Assembly (NCBI GenBank): GCA_035247945.1
Contig: DATFHX010000019.1
Location: forward strand, 3,808 to 67,807
Origin: Candidatus Saccharimonadales bacterium
Lineage (GTDB): Bacteria; Patescibacteriota; Saccharimonadia; Saccharimonadales; Saccharimonadaceae
Direction: 5' to 3'
Length of the DNA: 64,000 nucleotides
In this document: positions 1 through 8,661 of the stretch, piece by piece
Numbering within the stretch: the first letter of the stretch is position 1
Layout: the number at the start of each line of letters is the position of its first letter
The notes under the pieces: model-generated
Databases searched by the model: none
The model's input: only the letters and a program-made list of their open reading frames with translations
Told to the model about the DNA's origin: nothing
Position numbers and translations under genes: made by a program

Positions 1-1168
1 TCCGTGCAGCGATATGGTAGATGGACCGGAAGAGAATTGCGATCACAAGCGATCCCAGGAGCCCTGCCATAAGTGCATCTCCACCGTTCTTAATAAAGTT
101 AACGAGGTATCCCCTAGCAAAGAAGGTGATAACCGAAACGGGAAGTGCAAGCCAGATAATAACACGAATAATGGAGCGAAGCTCATCGCGGAATAGATCT
201 GTTCGACCACTGCTCAAACGCTCTGTCATCTTTGGAAATGCTGCCGTACTAATCGCAACCCCAATAAGATTAATTGGTGCCATATGAAGGGTCATGACCG
301 TGTTATAAATGGCCATTGTTCCAGAAGCCATACGGGATGCGAGATTTGTTTCAGCGATTCCCACTAAGTAATCCATGCTCTGATCGAGCGAGCGAATAGG
401 CAACAGTCGAAGTACCTGTCGAAACCCCCTATTTTTCCAGTAAATTTTGAATTGATAATCAAATCCAAGCCCAAGGAGTCCAATACTACTCACAATAAGC
501 TGCAGCACTGAACCAAGGGCAACACCGAGCGCAACACCCATAATGCCGCCTTCGAAAATTTGCACACCAAAGATGTTGATGCCTCCCGTAAACCATACAA
601 GCCCAATAATAATACCAATGTTATAAATTGTCGGAGCGAGTGCATAAAAGGTGAATCGACCCACTGCTTGCTGCATACTCGCAATAACTGTTGCGATCGC
701 GAAGAGGAACGGGTTTACTGCAATAACACGCATCATACTTGCAGCAAGTGCCATTCCCGACTCGCTGAGTCCCGGAGCAATCACATACCGAAGAAGTGGC
801 TCAGCAAAGATCATGATGAGGATGCTCGTCACGAGCGTTACCAGCGCCATGAAATTAATCATGCTCGTTGAAAGCTCCCATGCCGATTTCTTGTTTCCAG
901 ATGCCAGTCGTTGGTTAAAGACCGGAATAAACGACACACTCAGCGCACCAGAGACTAGGATGTAGAACATAAAGTCAGGGACGGTAAACGCCGCAATATA
1001 TGCATCATATCCCGTTGGATAGGTGTCAAGGTATGCACTGGTCAAAAGGCGCATACGGAAGAAGCCAAAGAGAAGTGAGAGGAGACTTGAACTCGCGAGA
1101 AGAAGTGCCGCCCATTGCAGCGGAAGCCTCATGTTAGCTTTCGCAACGACACTTCTAACTCGACCCAT
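1..1168 (-). CDS. murJ: Lipid II flippase MurJ/MviN family, N-terminal part (3' end runs off the left edge)
   Basis: Absent from the ORF track because there is no stop inside the window. Manual minus-strand translation from ATG at 1168 gives MGRVRSVVAKANMRLPLQWAALLLASSSLLSLLFGFFRMRLLTSAYLDTYPTGYDAYIAAFTVPDFMFYILVSGALSVSFIPVFNQRLASGNKKSAWELSTSMINFMAL... This matches the MurJ N-terminal signature. Polytopic. Starts 12 nt after the ftsH stop. Confidence 0.75.
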   Translation of the reverse strand, partial: MGRVRSVVAKANMRLPLQWAALLLASSSLLSLLFGFFRMRLLTSAYLDTYPTGYDAYIAAFTVPDFMFYILVSGALSVSFIPVFNQRLASGNKKSAWELSTSMINFMALVTLVTSILIMIFAEPLLRYVIAPGLSESGMALAASMMRVIAVNPFLFAIATVIASMQQAVGRFTFYALAPTIYNIGIIIGLVWFTGGINIFGVQIFEGGIMGVALGVALGSVLQLIVSSIGLLGLGFDYQFKIYWKNRGFRQVLRLLPIRSLDQSMDYLVGIAETNLASRMASGTMAIYNTVMTLHMAPINLIGVAISTAAFPKMTERLSSGRTDLFRDELRSIIRVIIWLALPVSVITFFARGYLVNFIKNGGDALMAGLLGSLVIAILFRSIYHIAAR

Positions 1169-1179
1169 TCTTCTGGTTC

Positions 1180-3045
1180 CTAATCGTGAAGTTTTGCTTC
1201 TGCTGGGAGTGTTGAACCCTCGAATAGCTTATCGACGTCTTTTTCTTCAAGCGTCTCTTTTTCAATCAGGGCTTTCGCCATAGTATCAAGCTGGTGACGG
1301 TTCGTGTTAATAACAAGCTCAGCACGCTTTGCAGCTTCTCGAATAAGTGACTCGACTTCTTTGTCGATTTCCTTTGCGGTGTCATCGCTGTAAGGACGTT
1401 CGTGCGTCATACGATCGAACATCATGCCACCATTGTCTTCGTGGAATACTTGGTCGCGAAGCTTAGAGCCCATACCCTGTTCAATCACCATATCTCGGGC
1501 AATTTCTGTTGCTTTACGAAGGTCAGATCCTGCACCGGTTGTAATACCATCGGTGCCGTAGATAATCTTCTCCGCAACGCGGCCACCCATTGCACGCGCA
1601 AGGATATCCTTAAACTCGTAAACATTGGTGTAGCTCTTATCTTCCGGTGGAAGGAACCATGTTACACCACCCGTTCCACCACGAGGGATGATGGTTACCT
1701 TATGTACTGGATCGCTGTCGGGAAGTACATGTCCGACAATTGCGTGTCCAGCTTCGTGGTACGCAGTAAGAAGCTTTTCCTTTTCATTCATAACTTTGGT
1801 CTTACGTTCAGGACCAATTGCTACTTTTTCAAAGGCTTCGGTAATGTCATCATTACTGAGCTTCTTTGCGTTACGGCGAGCTGCAATGATTGCTGCCTCA
1901 TTGGCAATGTTTGCAAGGTCTGCACCAGATGAACCTGCGGTCTTTGCAGCCAGTGCATTAATATTTACTGATTCATCCGTTGGCTTGTTCTTGAAGTGAA
2001 TCTTTAGAATTGCTTCACGGTCGCGGCGCTCAGGAAGCATAATGTTCGTGCGACGATCGAAACGGCCTGGACGGAGCAGGGCTGGGTCAAGCACATCTGC
2101 GCGGTTGGTTGCCGCAAGAACAATAACGTTCGTTCCTGTTTCAAATCCATCCATTTCAACAAGGATCTGATTGAGCGTCTGCTCACGTTCATCGTGACCA
2201 CCACCCATTCCGCTTCCACGCTTGCGACCAACAGCGTCGATCTCATCGATGAAGATAATCGCTGGAGCGTTCTTCTTTGCTTTTGCAAAGAGATCACGCA
2301 CGCGAGATGCACCGACACCGACAAACATTTCAACGAACTCAGAACCGCTAATAGAGAAGAACGGAACGTTTGCCTCACCAGCGACAGCACGAGCGAGAAG
2401 GGTCTTACCAGTACCTGGGTTACCAACGAGTAGCACACCCTTAGGGATCTTGGCGCCGAGTTGCTCATACTTTTTAGGATGCTTCAAGAAGTCAACAACT
2501 TCCTGGAGGTCCTGCTTGGCAGCGTCGTTACCAGCGATGTCCTCAAAAGTTACCTTTTCTTTGTCGATTCCATAAAGTTTTGCTTTAGACTTCCCAAAGC
2601 CCATCGCTTGGTTGTTCTGGCCCTGCGCCTGGCGCATCATAAACATGAAGAAGGCTGCGATGAGGACGACAGGAATAATAACCGTTGCAAGTGTTAAGAA
2701 GATATTGCCCGTATCAGATACAGGATCAACAGTCACCTCAGTGCCACTGTCAGACTTAAGTCCTTGCTCATAGACGCTGCTGCCGCCTTCTTTGTATGAC
2801 TTCTCGGTCGCATGATCCTGACCCTTTGGCGTGATCTTCATATCATTGCCCTGAATCTCTATCTTTGAGATGTCACCCTTATTCGCACGGTTAATAACAT
2901 CAGAGAACGGTACTGACTTGAGGCCGTCTTGCTGAGTGGTGATTGCTACAATCACAAGAACACCCACGATCAAAATCAGCCAGAACAAGCCGAGGCGGAC
3001 CCACGTGCTCATCTTTTTCTTTGGTGGTTGCTGCTTAATTGCCAT
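1180..3045 (-). CDS. ftsH: ATP-dependent zinc metalloprotease FtsH
   Basis: 621 aa. Two N-terminal TM segments, AAA+ Walker A GNPGTGKT, Walker [10 protein letters not shown], zinc motif HEAGHA. Confidence 0.97.
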   Translation of the reverse strand: MAIKQQPPKKKMSTWVRLGLFWLILIVGVLVIVAITTQQDGLKSVPFSDVINRANKGDISKIEIQGNDMKITPKGQDHATEKSYKEGGSSVYEQGLKSDSGTEVTVDPVSDTGNIFLTLATVIIPVVLIAAFFMFMMRQAQGQNNQAMGFGKSKAKLYGIDKEKVTFEDIAGNDAAKQDLQEVVDFLKHPKKYEQLGAKIPKGVLLVGNPGTGKTLLARAVAGEANVPFFSISGSEFVEMFVGVGASRVRDLFAKAKKNAPAIIFIDEIDAVGRKRGSGMGGGHDEREQTLNQILVEMDGFETGTNVIVLAATNRADVLDPALLRPGRFDRRTNIMLPERRDREAILKIHFKNKPTDESVNINALAAKTAGSSGADLANIANEAAIIAARRNAKKLSNDDITEAFEKVAIGPERKTKVMNEKEKLLTAYHEAGHAIVGHVLPDSDPVHKVTIIPRGGTGGVTWFLPPEDKSYTNVYEFKDILARAMGGRVAEKIIYGTDGITTGAGSDLRKATEIARDMVIEQGMGSKLRDQVFHEDNGGMMFDRMTHERPYSDDTAKEIDKEVESLIREAAKRAELVINTNRHQLDTMAKALIEKETLEEKDVDKLFEGSTLPAEAKLHD

Positions 3046-3102
3046 ATTGTTTAATTATCTATCCCTTCAAGAAAATTTTCACTTACCCTAGTGTAGCACT
3101 TC

Positions 3103-3948
3103 CTAAAGTGTTTGGACAAGGAATGTCCGCTGTAAAAAGGTCAGTTTTACCCCGTCGCCAACATTGTGCGACGTCCCCACCCTTGCGGTCCGAATCGCAA
3201 GCACAGCTCTCTCAAGTTGCGGCCTCGTTGGGCTTGTTTTCGTCAAGGAGATAATCGCCGCTCGGACGAGCTCACACGCTGTCTGCATGTCAGCCATAAT
3301 AATATCGTGACGCTCGTACGGTTCATTCGGCTGGACATAGTCAGAAAGCAGGGGATCGATCTGTCTTTTAAGCGTGAGCTGTTCTTGCCAAAGCTGCAGT
3401 AGTTGCTCTTTCTGCCCTTTTGTAAGATATCTAAATATTGTGCGACGTATACGATTTCTCAGGTATGCATCGCTTGCGTTCGTACTGTCCTCAACCCACT
3501 CGAGTCTACGCTCCAAAGCGTAGGTATAGATTTCATCCTTCGTAGTAGCAAGCTGTGGTCGCTCAATTCCCGCCGTATCAAATACACTCAGGCCGCGCCA
3601 CCCTGTCCCACGCAGAATATTTATCGCTATCGTCTCGATCACGTCATCTGCATGGTGCGCCGTAACGATACGGGCGTCGTAGCGATCCGCTTGTTCTCGT
3701 AAAAATGCGTAGCGTCTTCGACGCGCTTCATCCTCACTTGCAGATGCACCAAGTTCTTCTCTTTTTACAACAAAGGGCAGGGAATAGAGAAGTGCTAATT
3801 GCTCAACAAACCGTGCGTCCGTAGCAGAGTCGGGTCGAATGCCATGATCAAAGTGAGCCACGATAAGCTCGTGATCTCCCTCGCGGACAAGTTTATCGAG
3901 TAAAACAACTGAGTCTACCCCACCACTTACTGCTACGAGATATCTCAC
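3103..3948 (-). CDS. tilS: tRNA(Ile)-lysidine synthase
   Basis: 281 aa. PP-loop motif VAVSGGVDSVVLL near the N-terminus. GTG start. Classic position downstream of a small ORF and upstream of ftsH. Confidence 0.9.
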   Translation of the reverse strand: MRYLVAVSGGVDSVVLLDKLVREGDHELIVAHFDHGIRPDSATDARFVEQLALLYSLPFVVKREELGASASEDEARRRRYAFLREQADRYDARIVTAHHADDVIETIAINILRGTGWRGLSVFDTAGIERPQLATTKDEIYTYALERRLEWVEDSTNASDAYLRNRIRRTIFRYLTKGQKEQLLQLWQEQLTLKRQIDPLLSDYVQPNEPYERHDIIMADMQTACELVRAAIISLTKTSPTRPQLERAVLAIRTARVGTSHNVGDGVKLTFLQRTFLVQTL

Positions 3949-4125
3949 CTACTCTCCCCACCGTTTTGCGACATAAACACCAATCCATACCCCGATAATT
4001 CCCCCAACTAGCCCGCCGAGAATCGTCCAGCCATCGAAGAGCTCAGTATCCCCAAATAGCGAGGGAAGGTATCCACCAAGCATTCCAAAAACAACAGCAC
4101 TAAATGAGATGATCTTTTTATTCAT
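3949..4125 (-). CDS. Small (58 aa) Gly-rich membrane protein, unknown function
   Basis: Below the ORF-track size cutoff. Manual translation: MNKKIISFSAVVFGMLGGYLPSLFGDTELFDGWTILGGLVGGIIGVWIGVYVAKRWGE. The stop abuts the tilS start. No clear SD. Confidence 0.4.
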   Translation of the reverse strand: MNKKIISFSAVVFGMLGGYLPSLFGDTELFDGWTILGGLVGGIIGVWIGVYVAKRWGE

Positions 4126-4182
4126 ATAGCTCTAGTATACAGTGCCCACTTCCCGCCTGCGACCATCGAAGCTTTTGCGACA

Positions 4183-4818
4183 TTAAGCCCCTGGAGGTGG
4201 GGTTTCGTCACAATTGGTAATGTTCGACACGGTATAAGAATGTTTATAATAATCCTTTGTTATATCATAGCCGCCTGTAGCACCACCAACAGGATTACTA
4301 TTACAGGTATAGAACTGCGTTGAAGTGTCCGTTTGAAATTCACGAAAGCCAAGACGGCGGTAGAGGGTGCTCGTTTGCGGGGTGCCAAGCATATTCCAGG
4401 CCGAAAGAACATATTCCCTTCCATCGCTCACATATAAATAACAGCCTGTTTTGCCGTCTGCCCCCACGTGCTTGGAGGTGCCACTCTGTGGAAGCGTTTG
4501 TTCGAGACCAGGAACCCAATCAGGTGATTGCGAACCATTCGAGCAGTCACTGTCAGAATAGACATCCGCAGCACGCCAATTCGCCTGGGTATTTGTTGTG
4601 GTTTGAGGATACGACCCATGCGTCACTCGGTATGTCTCAATAAGCTTTTGAACGCCCTCTATATCACTCTGAATGCGAACATTGCGCGCTCTCATACTAA
4701 TGCCGTTATAGGCGACTATCACTATCGAGGCGAGGACGGCAATAACAGCAATGACAACTAACAGTTCAACGAGCGTAAATCCCGAGAGTCTAAGCTCCTG
4801 CTGGGGGCGTCTCATCAC
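4183..4818 (-). CDS. Type IV pilin-like protein (prepilin-type N-terminal cleavage/methylation domain)
   Basis: 211 aa. Short basic leader, then G|FTLVELLVVIAVIAVLA (class III signal). Paralog of the upstream ORF, with shared C-terminus ...YYKHS.TV.N.T.CDETPP.GA. Confidence 0.82.
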   Translation of the reverse strand: MMRRPQQELRLSGFTLVELLVVIAVIAVLASIVIVAYNGISMRARNVRIQSDIEGVQKLIETYRVTHGSYPQTTTNTQANWRAADVYSDSDCSNGSQSPDWVPGLEQTLPQSGTSKHVGADGKTGCYLYVSDGREYVLSAWNMLGTPQTSTLYRRLGFREFQTDTSTQFYTCNSNPVGGATGGYDITKDYYKHSYTVSNITNCDETPPPGA

Positions 4819-5443
4819 AGCCAGTCAAATTCCCTACGGTCAATGAATGTTTATAATAATCGGCGTTGCTATCATATCCGCTCGACGCGCCACCGATAGC
4901 GCCAAGATTACAAACTACATATTGACCGCCATGACCTTGGACGCCATCCATCTCCCGGAATCCATATCGGTGATACATGGTCGTATTCTGTGGATTCTTG
5001 ACCATATTCCACGCGGAGAGTACATATTGAATTCCGTTACTCGCATAGATATAGCAACCTCGAAGATTTCCCACTCCTGTGTTTGGATCGCTCTGCGGAA
5101 GTGTTTGGGTAATCCCTGGAACCCACTGCGCTAAGTGGTTAGTGGATGAAGTGACAGGGCAATTACCATCCCCGTTGGCTGTTATAGTGCCCCAGTTAGG
5201 ATTAAGCGAATCACCATAGTTTTGAGTCGTCATTGGATATTTGCCATTAACAGCATTATACGCTTCGACAAGTCGTTGGACACTCGCGATATCCGATTCG
5301 GCCTTAGACGTTCGTGCGCGGTCCTGGATACCGTTATAAGCAACAACGGTAATAGCTGCGAGAATAGCAATAACAACGATGACGATCAGCAGTTCAACGA
5401 TCGTGAAACCAGATTGACGCGTACCCATCCATAGCGCTTTCAT
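4790..5443 (-). CDS. Type IV pilin-like protein (prepilin-type N-terminal cleavage/methylation domain)
   Basis: 217 aa. Leader MKALWMGTRQSG|FTIVELLIVIVVIAILAA. Paralog of 4183..4818. Confidence 0.82.
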   Translation of the reverse strand: MKALWMGTRQSGFTIVELLIVIVVIAILAAITVVAYNGIQDRARTSKAESDIASVQRLVEAYNAVNGKYPMTTQNYGDSLNPNWGTITANGDGNCPVTSSTNHLAQWVPGITQTLPQSDPNTGVGNLRGCYIYASNGIQYVLSAWNMVKNPQNTTMYHRYGFREMDGVQGHGGQYVVCNLGAIGGASSGYDSNADYYKHSLTVGNLTGCDETPPAGA

Positions 5444-5473
5444 ATGCCTATCATAGCAAATAACTGAGGTGAA

Positions 5474-6712
5474 TTACAGATATCTTGTGCTACCAAACGG
5501 AACCTTCTGCTTAATATATATACCAGTTCCAAGTGTATCCGCAGAGTGTATCGTTCGATCGCCAAATCGTCTGTTAATCGTATCAATCGCATCTGTCACT
5601 TGCTGATCACGGGCGAGCTGGTCACCGAAGAGACTGAGCTGGTCACTCATGCCTTCACTAAGTTGGTAACAGGTAACTCCGATTTCTCGGATCGTATCGG
5701 GGGCTTCGCTAAATAACATTGCCGCCTGAGCATAAATTGCTTCGTTACTAAAGAATGGGAGGGGACACATTCGGCGGCGATGCCAATAACCGTGATCATA
5801 AGTGCGGGCATAGACAAAGACGCCACGCGCTGATCGACCCTTTAAACGGAGGCGGTGACCGACCGACTCGCAGAGGTGATGGAGACGTCGTAAAATGTCC
5901 CCTTTAGTAAGATTTTGCGACTCTAAAACATACTGTCTTCCCACCGTCTTGAGGTCATGCGTCACATCGTCAACTTCCCATCCCCTAAGTCGCTGGTGCC
6001 ACTGCCTTCCATTAATACTTTTAAAGACGACGTGATGAAGCGTATCGACACTTGCATCCAAAAATTCAATCGGCGTGTAAATACCAACAGCATTAAGTCG
6101 GGCTTCATTACGACCGGCAATCCCCGTCAGATCCTGAAGCTTCAGGCGAGAGAGGGTAGGGCGGAGGGAAGTGGAATCGACAACCGTTAGCCCATCAGGC
6201 TTATTCATCCCTGCCGCTGTTTTCGCCAAGAATCGATTAGGGGCAATGCCGATATTACAGCGCATAGCTTCCCCCACCTCCGTAAAGAGGGCATTCTTGA
6301 TCTCAAGTCCAATATCTCTAAGATCCCTCCCCTTTATGGACTCTGTTGTTTGATGGAAATCAATAATCCCCTCATCAATACTCTTCATCGTAATATGCGC
6401 CGAATATCGTTTCATGATATCCATGAGCTTATGATAGACATAGCGGTATTTCGGAGGATCACTTTCAAGTGCTACGAGGTCAGGGACAAGTTTTTTCGCT
6501 TCCTTAATCTTCATACCCATCTTGACGCCAAGCTTCTTAGCTTCGTAGCTCGCCGTGACAATCATAGTATGTTCAGTGCGACGATTTGCAATCACAACTG
6601 GACGATGACGAAGCATCGGACGCGACTGCTGTTCTATCGTCGCAAAACATGAGTTAAGGTCAACATGCATGATGAGCGGTCGCTCATCATTGTATTTTTC
6701 ACTATCCCTCAT
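5474..6712 (-). CDS. dinB: Y-family DNA polymerase (DNA polymerase IV-like)
   Basis: IMHVDLNSCFATIEQQ..RP.L..RPVVI is the Y-family (ImpB/UmuC/DinB) catalytic N-terminus. The ORF is open to 6787, but ATG at 6712 is preferred (11-nt overlap with the upstream ORF). Confidence 0.88.
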   Translation of the reverse strand: MRDSEKYNDERPLIMHVDLNSCFATIEQQSRPMLRHRPVVIANRRTEHTMIVTASYEAKKLGVKMGMKIKEAKKLVPDLVALESDPPKYRYVYHKLMDIMKRYSAHITMKSIDEGIIDFHQTTESIKGRDLRDIGLEIKNALFTEVGEAMRCNIGIAPNRFLAKTAAGMNKPDGLTVVDSTSLRPTLSRLKLQDLTGIAGRNEARLNAVGIYTPIEFLDASVDTLHHVVFKSINGRQWHQRLRGWEVDDVTHDLKTVGRQYVLESQNLTKGDILRRLHHLCESVGHRLRLKGRSARGVFVYARTYDHGYWHRRRMCPLPFFSNEAIYAQAAMLFSEAPDTIREIGVTCYQLSEGMSDQLSLFGDQLARDQQVTDAIDTINRRFGDRTIHSADTLGTGIYIKQKVPFGSTRYL

Positions 6713-6971
6713 AGTGATCCATTTCCCTTGTAAGATGCCACGTAAGGCGTTCACTATCAAATTCCAGTCGGTAATCTGTACCACCATCCGTCACTTCGAA
6801 CACATGAATTGTCCGAAGACCTGCATTCGTCGGATGACGGAGCCCCAACTTCTCTACTTCGACTTCCCTCCCATTTGGTCGCCGAAACCGCCTCGGGAGA
6901 CAAAGATCAAGGCCCTCTCCAAAGGTAGCCACCACATCAATTCGTTCGTTCAAAAAGATTTCATCATCCAT
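6702..6971 (-). CDS. Hypothetical 89-aa protein co-transcribed upstream of dinB
   Basis: ORF overlapping the dinB start. No recognised motif. Its position resembles small accessory genes found upstream of Y-family polymerases. Confidence 0.5.
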   Translation of the reverse strand: MDDEIFLNERIDVVATFGEGLDLCLPRRFRRPNGREVEVEKLGLRHPTNAGLRTIHVFEVTDGGTDYRLEFDSERLTWHLTREMDHYEG

Positions 6972-7155
6972 CGTAAAAAATTCCTCAAAAAATTATTCGA
7001 AGAAACGGCAATTTATAGATGTATCGCCCGTCTTCCCTGCCCGTCTCATGCAGCGAATCCGTAGACGATGAATGATCCTATACGCGAGGGACGCTTAACC
7101 TAAAGTCAGTGAGTATCACGCGGAATTAATTCCTATTATACCTCTAGTGTCGCGT

Positions 7156-7195
7156 AAAAGAAAACTGCCACCAGCCGGAATGTCCGGCTGGTGGC
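7156..7195 (-). terminator. Rho-independent terminator after 7214..7588
   Basis: Perfect 12-bp stem gccaccagccgg/ccggctggtggc (7167-7195), followed on the minus strand by ttttctttt. Confidence 0.65.
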
Positions 7196-7213
7196 TTCAC
7201 AATGAGGCGGCCA

Positions 7214-7588
7214 CTACTTCAAGGACGCCGCCCACTCCTGGAACAATCGGTCCAGGGCGACTCCGTACTGCTTGGAGAAGTGGGGATACAGGCACGGCTG
7301 GGCTTCGAGCAGCGACTTGACGCTGATCGTCCATCCATGCTTGATCTCCGTCGGCGTCAGCTTCTCCAGCTTTCCCGACGGCCACACCTTTCGAGGGGAC
7401 GCCAGGCATCGGATGTTCAGCGTGACACCGCACTCCGGCGACTTCAGGTCCGGCGCGATGGTACCTGCGAGCAGGTTCCAAAGCCTTGTCGCCACCGATT
7501 CACGGTATCCGTGCTCGACCGCGAACGCCACCAGGTCCGCCTGCACGACGAACCCCTTGGGAGCCGTCGGAACTTTCCGCTTGGGCAT
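7214..7588 (-). CDS. Hypothetical protein, member 1 of a local 3-paralog family (GC-rich islet)
   Basis: 124 aa. High GC3. Shares ..DLV.FA.E......A.RLWNLL.. and ..SLKSLL.......G..LDRL...W.. with 8101..8427. Own AT-rich promoter region. Confidence 0.6.
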   Translation of the reverse strand: MPKRKVPTAPKGFVVQADLVAFAVEHGYRESVATRLWNLLAGTIAPDLKSPECGVTLNIRCLASPRKVWPSGKLEKLTPTEIKHGWTISVKSLLEAQPCLYPHFSKQYGVALDRLFQEWAASLK

Positions 7589-7610
7589 TACATGCCCACC
7601 CTTCTTCTCG

Positions 7611-7635
7611 GGTACTGTGCGTTACATACAGTACC
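7611..7635. promoter_or_regulatory. Inverted repeat GGTACTGT-N9-ACAGTACC (candidate operator) just upstream of 7214..7588
   Basis: Perfect 8-bp arms, read directly. Lies between the AT-rich putative promoter (7636-7665) and the SD/start at 7588. Confidence 0.4.
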
Positions 7636-7676
7636 ATGTTTTTATAAATATAACAAATAATGGCTCGGATACTTTT

Positions 7677-7710
7677 CCTTGGAGTGACGCCTTTTGGCGC
7701 CACTCCAAGG
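7677..7710 (-). terminator. GC-rich hairpin downstream of 7715..8098 (no U-tract)
   Basis: ccttggagtgacgcc-tttt-ggcgccactccaagg, 14 bp with one A.C mismatch. Confidence 0.5.
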
Positions 7711-7714
7711 GCCG

Positions 7715-8098
7715 TTACGCGCGCGGATCGCGGAGATACTGCAGCCAGAGATGAAACAGCGACCACATATCCTCACTGTGGCCAAACAGACTGTACTGCC
7801 ACCGCTTGGAGTCTAGTGGCAGCCTGGCAAGCGCCTGCCGGTCCAGCGCAACACCTTCTCGCTGAATGTACGGCGGTATGGGGTTGACACTCCCTGTGAG
7901 TGCGTAGCCGGATTCAGCAGACACAGCATCCACGCGCCCCATGCCGTTGTTGATCGTGTATCGATGCAGGTCCTCGGTCATGATCTTCCAGAGCTTTTGA
8001 ATGGTGCGCTGGTTGTTCAGATGCCTCATCTCCGGAACTCGACGCGCCAGCTCCCCAGCGAACTGACGTAGGTCAGACTCTTTGACGTACTTTGTCAC
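7715..8098 (-). CDS. Hypothetical protein, divergent member 2 of the local paralog family (GC-rich islet)
   Basis: 127 aa. GTG start 2 nt after the upstream stop, with GGAAGG SD inside the upstream gene. Motifs SDLRQFAGE...KLWKIM and GVALDRQ echo the paralogs. Confidence 0.55.
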   Translation of the reverse strand: MTKYVKESDLRQFAGELARRVPEMRHLNNQRTIQKLWKIMTEDLHRYTINNGMGRVDAVSAESGYALTGSVNPIPPYIQREGVALDRQALARLPLDSKRWQYSLFGHSEDMWSLFHLWLQYLRDPRA

Positions 8099-8100
8099 GA

Positions 8101-8427
8101 CTATCGCCTTCCGTTCTTGAGCATTTTACTCCTCAGCCATGCTTTCAGGAGCCGATCAATGGTATCCCCATACCCAGGGATACAACCAGGCCCGACCGAA
8201 CGAAGCCTCAACAGACTCTTCAGAGACCCCCGCGAAATAGCACGTTCACCCGGAACCACGCTTGAATGAAATACAAGCACTTCTCGATTAAGCCGATGCT
8301 TGAGATGCGCATCGAGCTCACCAAGAAGATTCCAAAGGCGATATGCAGCTTCGCGCGAGAACCGCCCTTCGCATGCAAATCGCACGAGATCACTTCGCTC
8401 CATCCACACTTCCGCCTCTTGCGGCAT
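8101..8427 (-). CDS. Hypothetical protein, member 3 of the local paralog family (GC-rich islet)
   Basis: The ORF is open to 8457. ATG at 8427 is preceded by GAGGAG. Motifs SDLVRFACEGRFSREAAYRLWNLLGE and GSLKSLLRL...GDTIDRLLKAWL. Confidence 0.6.
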   Translation of the reverse strand: MPQEAEVWMERSDLVRFACEGRFSREAAYRLWNLLGELDAHLKHRLNREVLVFHSSVVPGERAISRGSLKSLLRLRSVGPGCIPGYGDTIDRLLKAWLRSKMLKNGRR

Positions 8428-8518
8428 GCTACACTCCTCGCGTGCGAACAAGTTCATTATATCAGATCACCCTCTAGAAAATCCGTCAGCTATTTGTTAT
8501 AATCTCCAGAGTACATGT

Positions 8519-8595
8519 GGCAGCGTAGCTCAGTCGGTTAGAGCGTAGGACTCATAAGCCTAAGGTCACTGGTTCGATCCCAGTCGCTGCTACCA
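8519..8595 (+). tRNA. tRNA-Met (CAT), elongator type
   Basis: Cloverleaf folded by hand: GGCAGCG/CGCTGCT acceptor, GCTC/GAGC D-stem, loop CTCATAA, ACTGG/CCAGT T-arm with TTCGATC, CCA encoded. No initiator signatures. T-arm and acceptor resemble classical elongator tRNA-Met. TATAAT at 8497-8502. Confidence 0.88.
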
Positions 8596-8602
8596 TGAAA
8601 AT

Positions 8603-8636
8603 CCCCTCATCGAAAGATGGGGGTATTTTCATTTTA
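8603..8636. terminator. Hairpin plus T-run after tRNA-Met (also faces the convergent 8662..11181 gene)
   Basis: cccctcatc-gaaa-gatggggg, followed by tattttcatttt. Confidence 0.6.
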
Positions 8637-8661
8637 TAGCGATCCTTGCCACAAATAAGAG

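Noticed and set aside
6669-7064. 131-aa plus-strand ORF across the dinB start region
   Set aside because: It is antisense to dinB and to the 89-aa upstream ORF. It has no SD or promoter and a low-complexity translation.
7197-7887. Overlapping ORFs 7197..7481(-), 7202..7660(+), 7272..7754(+), 7500..7766(-), 7660..7887(+)
   Set aside because: These are shadow ORFs of the GC-rich islet. Only the frames 7214..7588 and 7715..8098 show GC3 periodicity, SD sequences and mutual homology with 8101..8427.
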